Positions 1-8,564 of a DNA stretch of 64,000 nt are shown piece after piece; the stretch's first letter is position 1; each line of letters begins with the position of its first letter. The position numbers and the translations under genes were made by a program. Under the pieces are notes generated by a model. That model saw only the letters and a list, made by a program, of their open reading frames with translations, searched no databases and was not told where the DNA came from. The stretch spans positions 704,001 to 768,000 of the forward strand of contig JACPJW010000001.1 in NCBI GenBank assembly GCA_016187335.1. Reading direction: 5' to 3'. The DNA comes from Candidatus Aenigmatarchaeota archaeon (lineage in GTDB: Archaea; Aenigmatarchaeota; Aenigmatarchaeia; GW2011-AR5).

Positions 1-198
1 CCTTTCCTGCTCCTGCTTGTCGAAGTCAGTGAACAGCTGCTGCCCTGCCAGTTCCTCGGATATCATGCCAGCGCCCGCAACGAGGTTGTCCGTCAGCGTC
101 GTTTTCCCGTGGTCAATGTGGGCTGCGATCGCTATGTTCCTGATCTGCTCGGGCTTGTGCATCAGTTCCTGCACGCGCTCATTCAGGTCTCGTGCCAT
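1..198 (-). CDS. fusA: Translation elongation factor 2 (aEF-2), N-terminal part; runs off the window edge
   Basis: Manual translation [39 protein letters not shown]...[11 protein letters not shown] has the EF-2 G1 motif AHIDHGKTT; follows rps7 as in the str operon. Confidence 0.95.
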   Translation of the reverse strand, partial: MARDLNERVQELMHKPEQIRNIAIAAHIDHGKTTLTDNLVAGAGMISEELAGQQLFTDFDKQEQER

Positions 199-309
199 TT
201 TTTGTCCTCCGTTTCTTTTTGTTTTATTGTTGTAACTGATTGTATTTAAAAAATTGAGAAGCATGCAGAATGCAGCTTCAGAAAAATGACAGGAGCATCG
301 GTTTCCTCA

Positions 310-1071
310 TCATCTCGCCCCTGCGGCTTCCCTTTCTATTCTTTCCTTCTCGCGCAGCGCCGTTGAATCCTGCGAGCCGTGATACGCCGCAAGAATTTCT
401 TCGGCCAACGCCTGCTCAATTCCGCGCTTGCTGTGGAAGGATTTCCTGTAGGTTCCCTGCGCGAAATACCGCAGCGTCTTGTCAACGCGCCTCTGCGGCG
501 CCGTGATAACCGATTCCCTTGCCATTATGCTTCCCAGCTGGTAAGAAATTATTTCCTCGCGGACCGCCGCGTTTTCTATGGCGCGGACGAGAACTTCCAC
601 GGGATTCTTGTTTTCCTTTTTCTCGATGATTTCCAGGGCCTTTTCCACGGCTTTCAGGCAGTTCATGAGCCCGCCGGCCAGAGGGCCCGAAGTCAGGCGG
701 TGCCTTTTTCCGGTGTGCCCCGGGACCATCATGTGCAGGGCAAGCCTTTCAGCAACGTGCATCTTTGATTTGTGGAATCTTCCGCGATGGATTCCGGCGC
801 TTCTTGGAAGCAGTCTGGGCTCAAGGTTTATGTAAGGCCTCAGGCTCAGGTCATTTACAATAACGTTGCTGTCCCATCTTCCGAAGAGCTTCAAGTCGAA
901 TTTTGTCTTTTCCCTTTTCTTTATCTCCACGCGCCTTGGTCTTCTGTCAAAACTTTTTCTGAATTCTCTGCGTTCGCCGAACTTGCGGCCTGACTGCCTT
1001 TCAACGGCCGCGCCTCTCTGGTCTTTTCCTCTCATTCCTTCATTTCTGCCGCGCATGTTTTCATTTCTCAT
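310..1071 (-). CDS. rps7: 30S ribosomal protein S7 (uS7) with a charged N-terminal extension
   Basis: KLFGRW, NPVEVLVRAIENAAVREE and QRRVDKTLR motifs; start codon uncertain (1071 chosen; the ORF is open to 1098). Confidence 0.95.
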   Translation of the reverse strand: MRNENMRGRNEGMRGKDQRGAAVERQSGRKFGERREFRKSFDRRPRRVEIKKREKTKFDLKLFGRWDSNVIVNDLSLRPYINLEPRLLPRSAGIHRGRFHKSKMHVAERLALHMMVPGHTGKRHRLTSGPLAGGLMNCLKAVEKALEIIEKKENKNPVEVLVRAIENAAVREEIISYQLGSIMARESVITAPQRRVDKTLRYFAQGTYRKSFHSKRGIEQALAEEILAAYHGSQDSTALREKERIEREAAGAR

Positions 1072-1166
1072 GATATCACATTTTTTAAAAAACATCAAAG
1101 CTGGGATGGAAAAGGCATATCGAAGTTGTGCCTTTCCTTTCCCTTTTATTTATCTTCATCACACCT

Positions 1167-1592
1167 TTATCTCGTCGCCTTCTGCTTCTTGCCTGTCCTT
1201 ATCTGCTCAAGGGAAATATCGTTGACTTTTATGACCCTGTACTTGATGCCTGATTGGGAACCTACAGCTCCGCCCTGCGAGCCGCCCATCCCCTCGATGA
1301 CGACCTGGTCGTGCTCCGAGATGAAGTTTATCGCCCCTGTTCTCGGAACGAAGGCCGTGACCTGCTTGCCGTTTTTAATCAAGCGGACGCGGACGCACTT
1401 GATCAGGCCCGAGGACGGCTGCTTCTGCTCCACGACGCGCTTTTCCAAGACAATCCCTTTTGCCTGCGGCGCGCCCTCAAGAGGGTCAAACTTTTTCTTT
1501 ATGTTCAGCATGCGCGTCCTGTATTTGATGTCGCGCCACCTGAACGCTTTCCTGTCCTTCGTCAGCTTCCTTGCACTGAATTCTCCGGGCAT
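1167..1592 (-). CDS. rps12: 30S ribosomal protein S12 (uS12)
   Basis: [10 protein letters not shown] and [28 protein letters not shown]; archaeal S12 signature. Confidence 0.97.
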   Translation of the reverse strand: MPGEFSARKLTKDRKAFRWRDIKYRTRMLNIKKKFDPLEGAPQAKGIVLEKRVVEQKQPSSGLIKCVRVRLIKNGKQVTAFVPRTGAINFISEHDQVVIEGMGGSQGGAVGSQSGIKYRVIKVNDISLEQIRTGKKQKATR

Positions 1593-1651
1593 GATAATCA
1601 GCTTAGATAATTATAACAAAGTATTAAATAGTTTGCTGGTTTTGGACTTCT

Positions 1652-2428
1652 ATGAAATCACCAGAACCACAGGAAGTATCATTAAGGGAACAGTTAGGGA
1701 AAGTGGGACTCGATAGCGCGGCCAGAGACGGGGCGTTTCAACTAGTTAAAATATATGAATCTTCTCCTCCTGTCCCTGTAATTTCAATTCAGACGACAAG
1801 GGTTTTTGGAGACATAGAGCCTTATACTTCTAGCTCTAGGCATTTAGTTTTTCCTTATGGGAATGCTGTCCTAAAAAGCGAAGATGAAAATTGGAAATGC
1901 ATAAGACAGCAAACTAAAACGCGACCCGAAACTTTAAACGAGTTTCACTTCGCTATTGGATATTCCAATAGGGGATTGCCTGTTGTCAGGCCAATATGCG
2001 TAATTCATGCTGTTGAAGAGGACGACTTTTTGCTTGTCGAACCGAAAGGATTTGATTTGAGGCTTGGGATGGAATATAATTTGTTGTCTAATTTGCCCGC
2101 GACCGAAGAAGAAGCCCGGGAAACACTAAGAGCCTTGGGCAGATTTTTTGTTGCCTTGAAACGGGCTGATAGAGCTTACCAGCCGAATGTTCTTTATTAT
2201 GAACGATTCCCTTTCGAACATTTGATTCGTTTTGGTGAAAACGGAAGTTATCAGGTACTTGTTACGGATAATCCTGCGTTTGTTCAGGAAGATATTGATG
2301 CGCCCGGAGGATATTTATCTGATGTTATAGCGCTATTTGAAGGGTACAAGAATAAAGAAGTATCGGAATTTGCTCTGCGGGCGCTAAGAGAGGGTCTTGA
2401 GCCGGAAATAATTATCACTTCACCCTGA
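1652..2428 (+). CDS. Hypothetical protein, opposite strand between nusA and rps12
   Basis: 258-aa ORF fills the gap; no recognisable motif; start uncertain. Confidence 0.55.
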   Translation: MKSPEPQEVSLREQLGKVGLDSAARDGAFQLVKIYESSPPVPVISIQTTRVFGDIEPYTSSSRHLVFPYGNAVLKSEDENWKCIRQQTKTRPETLNEFHFAIGYSNRGLPVVRPICVIHAVEEDDFLLVEPKGFDLRLGMEYNLLSNLPATEEEARETLRALGRFFVALKRADRAYQPNVLYYERFPFEHLIRFGENGSYQVLVTDNPAFVQEDIDAPGGYLSDVIALFEGYKNKEVSEFALRALREGLEPEIIITSP

Positions 2429-2819
2429 AGTGCTGGACCTCGAAAAACCTTTCCAGGAGCATTTTTATGATGCGGATGTTCTTGCCGCTCCTGCCGATGA
2501 CGCGCGCGCGGTCCTGCGGCTTTATTTTCACGACGACTTCCTTGTCGTCTATATTCACTTCCTGCGCCTCGGGAACAAGGTTGCGGATGAACCGCTCAAG
2601 GTCGTCGGAATATTCAAAGACCTTTATGTTTTTCTTGAAGACGCGCTCGGCATTGCGGATGGTCGAGCCGCCCTTGCCCACTGCAAGCCCGTACTGCCCC
2701 TCGCCGACGACAAAATAAAGCTCGTCGTCTTCGTCGATGCAGTCAATGACGGAGCATCTAGTCAGGTTGTTGAAAAGGTTTATGCATTGTATCGTGTTCG
2801 TGTCAAGCGTCACTTTCAT
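2415..2819 (-). CDS. nusA: Archaeal NusA-like transcription factor (KH domains)
   Basis: GLAVGKGGSTIR and RVIGRSGKNIR KH GxxG loops; conserved position after rpl30e. Confidence 0.93.
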   Translation of the reverse strand: MKVTLDTNTIQCINLFNNLTRCSVIDCIDEDDELYFVVGEGQYGLAVGKGGSTIRNAERVFKKNIKVFEYSDDLERFIRNLVPEAQEVNIDDKEVVVKIKPQDRARVIGRSGKNIRIIKMLLERFFEVQHFRVK

Positions 2820-2914
2820 TTTAAAAAACCCCAGATTGATCGAAGCAAAGCAGAATTAATCATTTTGTTTTCTTTATTCATCTTGCATCTCCGCTGAAAC
2901 AAGTTTCTTCCCTC

Positions 2915-3172
2915 TTAGCTGAAAGCCGCGACGGAAACGGGAAACGGCTTCCCCAGTTTCGTGCCCAGGTCCTTGCTGTCGCCTTCAAAAATTTCAACAA
3001 TAACCTTGCCCGAATCGTTCACCTTGTCAACAAGCGTTTTTGGGCAGTTTGAAGCGGCTATTACCTTTTTCGCCTTTCCCGCTTTTATACTTTTCACTAC
3101 CTCGCGTATGCCTATGACGGCTTTGCCCGGAGGCAGCTTTGATGTTGTCGGAATATTTTGCATGGTCATCAT
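2915..3172 (-). CDS. rpl30e: 50S ribosomal protein L30e (eL30)
   Basis: VIGIREVVKSIKAGKAKKVIAASNCP and LGTKLGKPFPVS; conserved position after rpoA2. Confidence 0.9.
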   Translation of the reverse strand: MMTMQNIPTTSKLPPGKAVIGIREVVKSIKAGKAKKVIAASNCPKTLVDKVNDSGKVIVEIFEGDSKDLGTKLGKPFPVSVAAFS

Positions 3173-3184
3173 CTTTATTGAATG

Positions 3185-3233
3185 CTTAATATTTTTCTTT
3201 CCGCAGGCGCTTTCTTTTCCAAAAAGAAAGGGC
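3185..3233 (-). repeat. Family-B hairpin repeat, intergenic copy directly after the rpoA2 stop
   Basis: GCCCTTTCTTTTTGGAAAAGAAAGCGCCTGCGGAAAGAAAAATATTAAG closely matches the tRNA-Tyr 59/60 and tRNA-Thr D-loop introns. Confidence 0.85.
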
Positions 3234-5711
3234 CTATTTTTTCTTCTTCATCTTTGACAAATCCATCGTGAGCTCGACCATGCCCGTGCCGATGGGTGCC
3301 AGCTGCCCTACCAGCACGTTCTCGATTATCCCGTCCATGGTGTCCTTCTCGCCGTAGAACGACGCGTTTATCAGGTGCCTTTTTGTTTCCTCAAAGTTCG
3401 CCCGCGCCAGGACGGACGCCTTTTTGCCGGATACGCCGTATCGCCCGATGTCCCTGACCTCCCCGGTGAATGTCATGATGTCAGCAAGAAGCATCAGATG
3501 CCTTACATCAACCTCAAGGCCCTGCTCGTCTAAGGTTTCCTTGGCTTCCTGCAAAATAACATTTCTCGTGGCTTCTATGCCGAGTATCTCGAAAATCTGG
3601 TGCACGTCGTTCGTCCTTGTCCTTTTTGCGTCAACTTCGTTTATCTGCAGGACCTTTTTCAGGTTAGTCCCTGCGGTCTGTATGACCCAGTCGTCGCCCT
3701 CGCGCACCACGACGACATTCTCTATCCCCTTGATGCCGTCAATGTGCATCTTCAGGACCTTGTTTTTTATTTTTCTGAGGTTCTTGACGTCGCTTTCCTT
3801 CGGCTTTATGTAGACATTCCCGCCCCTGAAGGAAATGGCCGCCTCTTTGACGTATTTGGAGACCATTGATTTGAGCTGCTCTTTGTGCTTTTCGCCCTCA
3901 AGCTCCAGCTCAATCTGCATGTCAATAAGGTCTATGGAATCGGAAAGTATCACATCTTGCACTTTTACGGATTTCATCCTGTTCGCAATTTCCTTTGCCT
4001 TTTCCTTGCTGTTGTATTCTTCTTTCAGGTAAATGATCATGTTCTTCTCAAAAGTCTTGCGGGCGTCAAAAATCTCTATGAGCCTCGGCAGGCCCTGCGT
4101 GACCTTGCTCAGCCTGTCTGACTGCGAAGCCAGCGTATAGGAACGCATTGTGTTGTGTGTAATAATGCCTTCAAATGTCGTGAATGTTTCCGTGCCTTCA
4201 ACCGTCAGATCGTAGACATATCCAGAAGAAGGCAAAACTTCTGTTATTTCAGTTATCTCATCCCAAACGACATCAGATGCATGCATCTTTCTGAGTATCG
4301 AAAGCTCTTCAGTCACATCAATGTGATTTTTCTTTGCAATCTCGTTGAATAATACAATATATCTAAGTAGGGCTTCTTTTCCAATTTTCTGCCTTTTTGT
4401 GAAGCTGTTTACATACCTGCTTGGATAACTCAGTTTCTTCGCAAGCTTTGGAAGCAGATCGTCGAAGCCGCCTACAAGCTCGACAAAATCTTGCTTGATG
4501 GGTTTGCTAGCACACAGTACTCCAAGATTCTCGGCCTTTTTGGCGGAACTAAACCCGATTTTTTGCCGGAATACAGATGCGTATTTTGCGGGTATTGTTA
4601 GTGTATATTGCTTGCCTCTTCCTTTGTAAGAGAATATGCCAAATCTCGCTAAGAGTAGTGAGATGCCGTCTATAAGCTCTTTTGAATTTGAAGAAGCCCT
4701 TATTACGCCTCTCTCGACAGATACATTCCCATCGCCGTCGAAATAAGCCTGCAAAAGCGCCGATACGAATTTCTCATCAGCACTGTACGCAAAATCAGGG
4801 ACTCTCTTGTTCCTTGATCCACTACCGCATGTTTTTGCAAGTAGGGCGGAAAGAATAGCGGAATTTACATGAATATCATGGCCGTTTGCAAATCCTCTTG
4901 TGTTGTCATATTCATTATAGGTCAGGCCGAATGAAGAGGCAAATTGTCTTATTCTCCCGAGGAAAATTTCATTTGTGCTTGATATGCATACAAAATTCGG
5001 AGTGCAGTTTCCTTCGGAGAGATAAGCGCCGAAAATATATCCCGTAACCTCATTCAGCGGAAAGATTTCCGGCAAAGGCTTTTTGGCACGTGAAAAATGG
5101 GTTTCTGCAATCGATTTTAGGTTAATAGAATCTATGCAGTTTTCAGGAAGCAGCTTGATTACCGGTATTCTCTCGCCTTTTCTCAGGTCTTTTCCGGAAA
5201 CAGCAACTATCTTGTTATGCTTTCTTATAACAAATGAATGAGAATCTGTGGCTATTATCTCGCGCCCTGACAGTGTTCTTATTCTCAGCAGCCTTTCCGG
5301 TGATTTGTGTCTGCTGCATGCAAGAACCTTTTTCCATTCGATTTTCTCCCCCTGATTTATGCTGGGAACGTATATTTCCATGCCCGAAAGATCGCATATA
5401 TCCCAGCCATTCTCGTTCATAGAACCCAGATTTTCTATTGATTCATCGGTAAAGCGGCTAATTTCAGAAATGGCAACCCGGTCTTTATGCTTGATAATTA
5501 TTTTTTCCTTGGCGTCAATGCTCATCTGCGTCGCCGGTTCGCTGATTGATTGCGCTGCAACGACGCCTATTGCCTCGCCGGGTTCGTAAAGGTATTTCAC
5601 GATAAGATGATTTAATTTTTCCAGCAGTTCTTCTTTTTTCTTCCCTTCAATCCCGTGCTTCCTGCAGTATTCCTCGAATTTCAGCAACACTTCCTTTGAA
5701 AGATAAGCCAT
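3234..5711 (-). CDS. rpoA2: DNA-directed RNA polymerase subunit A'' (Rpo1C), intein-containing precursor
   Basis: EPGEAIGVVAAQSISEPATQM, GLPRLIEI, DVRHLMLLAD and SVLARANFEE. Confidence 0.97.
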   Translation of the reverse strand: MAYLSKEVLLKFEEYCRKHGIEGKKKEELLEKLNHLIVKYLYEPGEAIGVVAAQSISEPATQMSIDAKEKIIIKHKDRVAISEISRFTDESIENLGSMNENGWDICDLSGMEIYVPSINQGEKIEWKKVLACSRHKSPERLLRIRTLSGREIIATDSHSFVIRKHNKIVAVSGKDLRKGERIPVIKLLPENCIDSINLKSIAETHFSRAKKPLPEIFPLNEVTGYIFGAYLSEGNCTPNFVCISSTNEIFLGRIRQFASSFGLTYNEYDNTRGFANGHDIHVNSAILSALLAKTCGSGSRNKRVPDFAYSADEKFVSALLQAYFDGDGNVSVERGVIRASSNSKELIDGISLLLARFGIFSYKGRGKQYTLTIPAKYASVFRQKIGFSSAKKAENLGVLCASKPIKQDFVELVGGFDDLLPKLAKKLSYPSRYVNSFTKRQKIGKEALLRYIVLFNEIAKKNHIDVTEELSILRKMHASDVVWDEITEITEVLPSSGYVYDLTVEGTETFTTFEGIITHNTMRSYTLASQSDRLSKVTQGLPRLIEIFDARKTFEKNMIIYLKEEYNSKEKAKEIANRMKSVKVQDVILSDSIDLIDMQIELELEGEKHKEQLKSMVSKYVKEAAISFRGGNVYIKPKESDVKNLRKIKNKVLKMHIDGIKGIENVVVVREGDDWVIQTAGTNLKKVLQINEVDAKRTRTNDVHQIFEILGIEATRNVILQEAKETLDEQGLEVDVRHLMLLADIMTFTGEVRDIGRYGVSGKKASVLARANFEETKRHLINASFYGEKDTMDGIIENVLVGQLAPIGTGMVELTMDLSKMKKKK
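4152..5522 (-). mobile_element. Intein (457 aa) with a LAGLIDADG homing endonuclease, in RpoA''
   Basis: Inserted between TQM and TMR; starts with Ser (SIDAKEK), ends GIITHN before Thr+1; block B ATDSHSF; motifs GYIFGAYLSEG and ALLQAYFDGDG; visibly more AT-rich than the exteins. Confidence 0.95.
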
Positions 5712-5756
5712 TTTTAATCACCATCATCAGGGCTGAACTTTATTTTTAACATTGTT

Positions 5757-8237
5757 TTATTTCACGCCGTGGAAAAGCTTTTCAATGTCAACCTTGCCCG
5801 CGTCGCTTTTGGCGGGGTCAACCATGTCCTCGCCCGCGACAAACTGTATGATAAAGTTCTTGCTGTCGCGCACGGTGCCGTCGTATTCCACTCTCAGGTC
5901 CTGCAGCGCGTTGACCAGGCGGCGCTCCATGTACCCGGAGTGCCTTGTGTGCAGCGACTTGTCCATCAGGTTCTCCCTGCTGTTCATGGCGTCAAAGAAA
6001 AACTCCACGGGGTCAAGACCTTTCTTATAGCCGCTCGAAACGAAGCCGTGGGATTTCGCGCCAAGGTCGCCTCTTTCAAACAGCGACAATGTCCTTCCCA
6101 CGAAGCCCCTGTGTATCCTCTCGCCTTCCAGGGCCTCCTGCCCGACAAACGCGCACATCTGCGTAAGGTTGACAAAGGAGCCTCTCGCGCCTGTTATAGC
6201 CATTATGACCGCTGTCGTCAGAGGCAGGTCTTTCTTGACGGTTTCTGACGCGCTGTTTGACGCGAGGCCGCCTAATTGCAGTATTTTGTTTTCCAGGGTC
6301 ATCTCCGGCGTCAGTCCCCCTGTCTTTTCAAGGCGGCCTGCTTTGTAGTCCCTGACCAGCCTCGAAATGCTTTCGTTGTACTCATCAATTACTTTTTCAA
6401 TATTGTTTTTCGCGCGCGTTGAAATGTCTATGTCGCCGACGGATATGCTGAATCCTTTCCTTGTGATGACTTCCAGGGCGAGCTTGGAAACCCTGTCGAT
6501 GAATTCCCTCGCTGCGGAGTGGCCGTATATCCTTTCTATTATGTCGATGAGCTTTGCTTTTTTCTCTCCCAGCGCGTCGTCATCAATGACGCCCCTGAGA
6601 AGCCGCCCGTTCTTTATCACGACAGCTTCACCTGTGGACGACTTGAATTCAATGCTCAGGTCTTTCGGCAATAAGTAAGAAAAAATCTCCTTTCCCGTGT
6701 AGGTATCCTTGACCTCAGGGAGCTCCATCCCTATAGACATCAGCAGCTCCGCGGCTTCTTTTCGGCTGAGCTTTGTCTCGTCCCTTGTAAGCAGATAAGA
6801 GCCGGTTATGTGGTCGTGCTTGCACGCAACTATGGGCAGCCCGTATCGCGGCGAGCGGATGTGGTTTTCCACGGCCATCAGCATCTCCGCTTCCGTCTGC
6901 GCTTCCTCTGTCTGCGGAACGTGCAGGTTCATTTCGTCGCCGTCAAAGTCCGCGTTGTATGGTATCGTCACCGCGAGGTTCAGCCTGAAAGTCCTGTAAG
7001 GCATGATGCGCGCGCGGTGGCCCATCATGCTCATGCGATGCAGCGACGGCTGCCTGTTCATGACCGTTATGTCGTTGTCCTGCAGATGGCGCTCCACGAC
7101 GTAGCCGGTATCAATCTCTTCCGCTACGTCTTTTTTGTTTTCCTCTGTTATTTTTTTTCTTATCCCGTCCGGCCTCACGACATAATTCGCGCCCGGATGC
7201 ACGCCCGGCCCGTTAAGTATGTATTTCTTGACGGCATCAAGGCTGTTTTTCGTCACCTTCACGGGAACGGTAAGCTCTTTCGCGATTTCCATGGGTATTC
7301 CCACTTCGCTTATTGAAATATTGGGGTCCGGCGTGACAACGGTTCTCGCGGAAAAATTAACACGCTTTCCGGAAAGGTTTCCGCGGAACCTCCCCTCTTT
7401 TTTGCTCAGCCTCTGCATCAGCGTTTTCAGCGCCCTGCCTGACCTGTGGCGCGCCGGCGGCAGCGTTGAAATCTCGTTGCTCATGAACGTTGAGATGTGG
7501 TATTGCAGTAATTCCCAGATGTCGGCGATGATAAAATCAGGCGCGCCGATTTCCAGATTTTTCTTCAGTCTTTCGTTTATCCTTACGACGTCAACCAGCT
7601 TGTGCGTCAAGTCATCTTCCGAGCGTTCGCCTGTTTCCAGGGTGATTGAAGGGCGCACGGTCACGGGAGGCACGGGCAGTATGGTAAGGACAAACCATTC
7701 AGGCCTTCCGCCTTTCACCCTGAGCAGCTGTAAATCTTCATCAGTGATTTTTTCCAGCCGCTGCCTTATTTCCTCGGGATTCATCTCTGTGCTGCCTTCG
7801 TTGAATGTGGTCGGCTTCTGGAACGTCAGCTCCCTTTGCTTTTCGCCGCAGTGTATGCACATCTTCGGCTTCTTCTTGTACAGTTCGTTGAGCGGGTTGC
7901 CCATCTTCTTCAGGTCTTCCAGCTTCGCCAGCGGACGCGAGCATTTCCTGCATATCGAGCGCAGCACCATAAAAATCTTTTTTCCGTACAGCGGGTGTAT
8001 TGCCGGCTTCGTCAACTCAAGGTAGCCGAAATGCCCCAGGCATTGCCCTATGGAGCCGCCGCACGTCCTGCACCGCAGGCCGGGGTCGACAACGCCGAGG
8101 TGCAGGTCAGTCAGCCCGCCGTCTATCGGGTAGCCGTCAGGATCGTAAAGCTCCGCGTGCTCAATCTTCACCGCCGACATTTCCTTAATCATGCGCGGCG
8201 ACAGGAATCCGAACTCGATTGCTTTTACTTTTGCCAT
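5757..8237 (-). CDS. rpoA1: DNA-directed RNA polymerase subunit A' (Rpo1N)
   Basis: Catalytic NADFDGDEMN, NRQPSLH, GKRVNFSAR, clamp Zn motifs. Confidence 0.98.
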   Translation of the reverse strand: MAKVKAIEFGFLSPRMIKEMSAVKIEHAELYDPDGYPIDGGLTDLHLGVVDPGLRCRTCGGSIGQCLGHFGYLELTKPAIHPLYGKKIFMVLRSICRKCSRPLAKLEDLKKMGNPLNELYKKKPKMCIHCGEKQRELTFQKPTTFNEGSTEMNPEEIRQRLEKITDEDLQLLRVKGGRPEWFVLTILPVPPVTVRPSITLETGERSEDDLTHKLVDVVRINERLKKNLEIGAPDFIIADIWELLQYHISTFMSNEISTLPPARHRSGRALKTLMQRLSKKEGRFRGNLSGKRVNFSARTVVTPDPNISISEVGIPMEIAKELTVPVKVTKNSLDAVKKYILNGPGVHPGANYVVRPDGIRKKITEENKKDVAEEIDTGYVVERHLQDNDITVMNRQPSLHRMSMMGHRARIMPYRTFRLNLAVTIPYNADFDGDEMNLHVPQTEEAQTEAEMLMAVENHIRSPRYGLPIVACKHDHITGSYLLTRDETKLSRKEAAELLMSIGMELPEVKDTYTGKEIFSYLLPKDLSIEFKSSTGEAVVIKNGRLLRGVIDDDALGEKKAKLIDIIERIYGHSAAREFIDRVSKLALEVITRKGFSISVGDIDISTRAKNNIEKVIDEYNESISRLVRDYKAGRLEKTGGLTPEMTLENKILQLGGLASNSASETVKKDLPLTTAVIMAITGARGSFVNLTQMCAFVGQEALEGERIHRGFVGRTLSLFERGDLGAKSHGFVSSGYKKGLDPVEFFFDAMNSRENLMDKSLHTRHSGYMERRLVNALQDLRVEYDGTVRDSKNFIIQFVAGEDMVDPAKSDAGKVDIEKLFHGVK

Positions 8238-8238
8238 G

Positions 8239-8562
8239 TCAATCCCTCATCTTAATGCCGGTTTCTTTTCCAAGAAATCTTCTCTCTTCTGCTGTCAGAT
8301 CCATTCTTGTCATTCCTGTTCTTTCCACCAGTCTTTCTATTTCTGCTTCGGCGTATTCCAAAAGAGGCCCGGTAGCAATTACAGCAAGCTGTTCTTTGTC
8401 TCTTTGAATCAGGGACACGCTGTACCTTTCTGCAATCAGCTGCGCAAAATATCTTCCCGCGTCAGGGTGTTCCACCAGTCTGATACCTGCTATTCCCTGG
8501 GCAAATCTCCTGACTCCTTCCGGAATTTCTTCATTCCAATGATAAATGTCAGCATTGAACAT
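8239..8562 (-). CDS. Hypothetical protein between rpoB and rpoA1
   Basis: 107-aa co-oriented ORF with 1-2 nt gaps on both sides. Confidence 0.7.
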   Translation of the reverse strand: MFNADIYHWNEEIPEGVRRFAQGIAGIRLVEHPDAGRYFAQLIAERYSVSLIQRDKEQLAVIATGPLLEYAEAEIERLVERTGMTRMDLTAEERRFLGKETGIKMRD

Positions 8563-8564
8563 GC

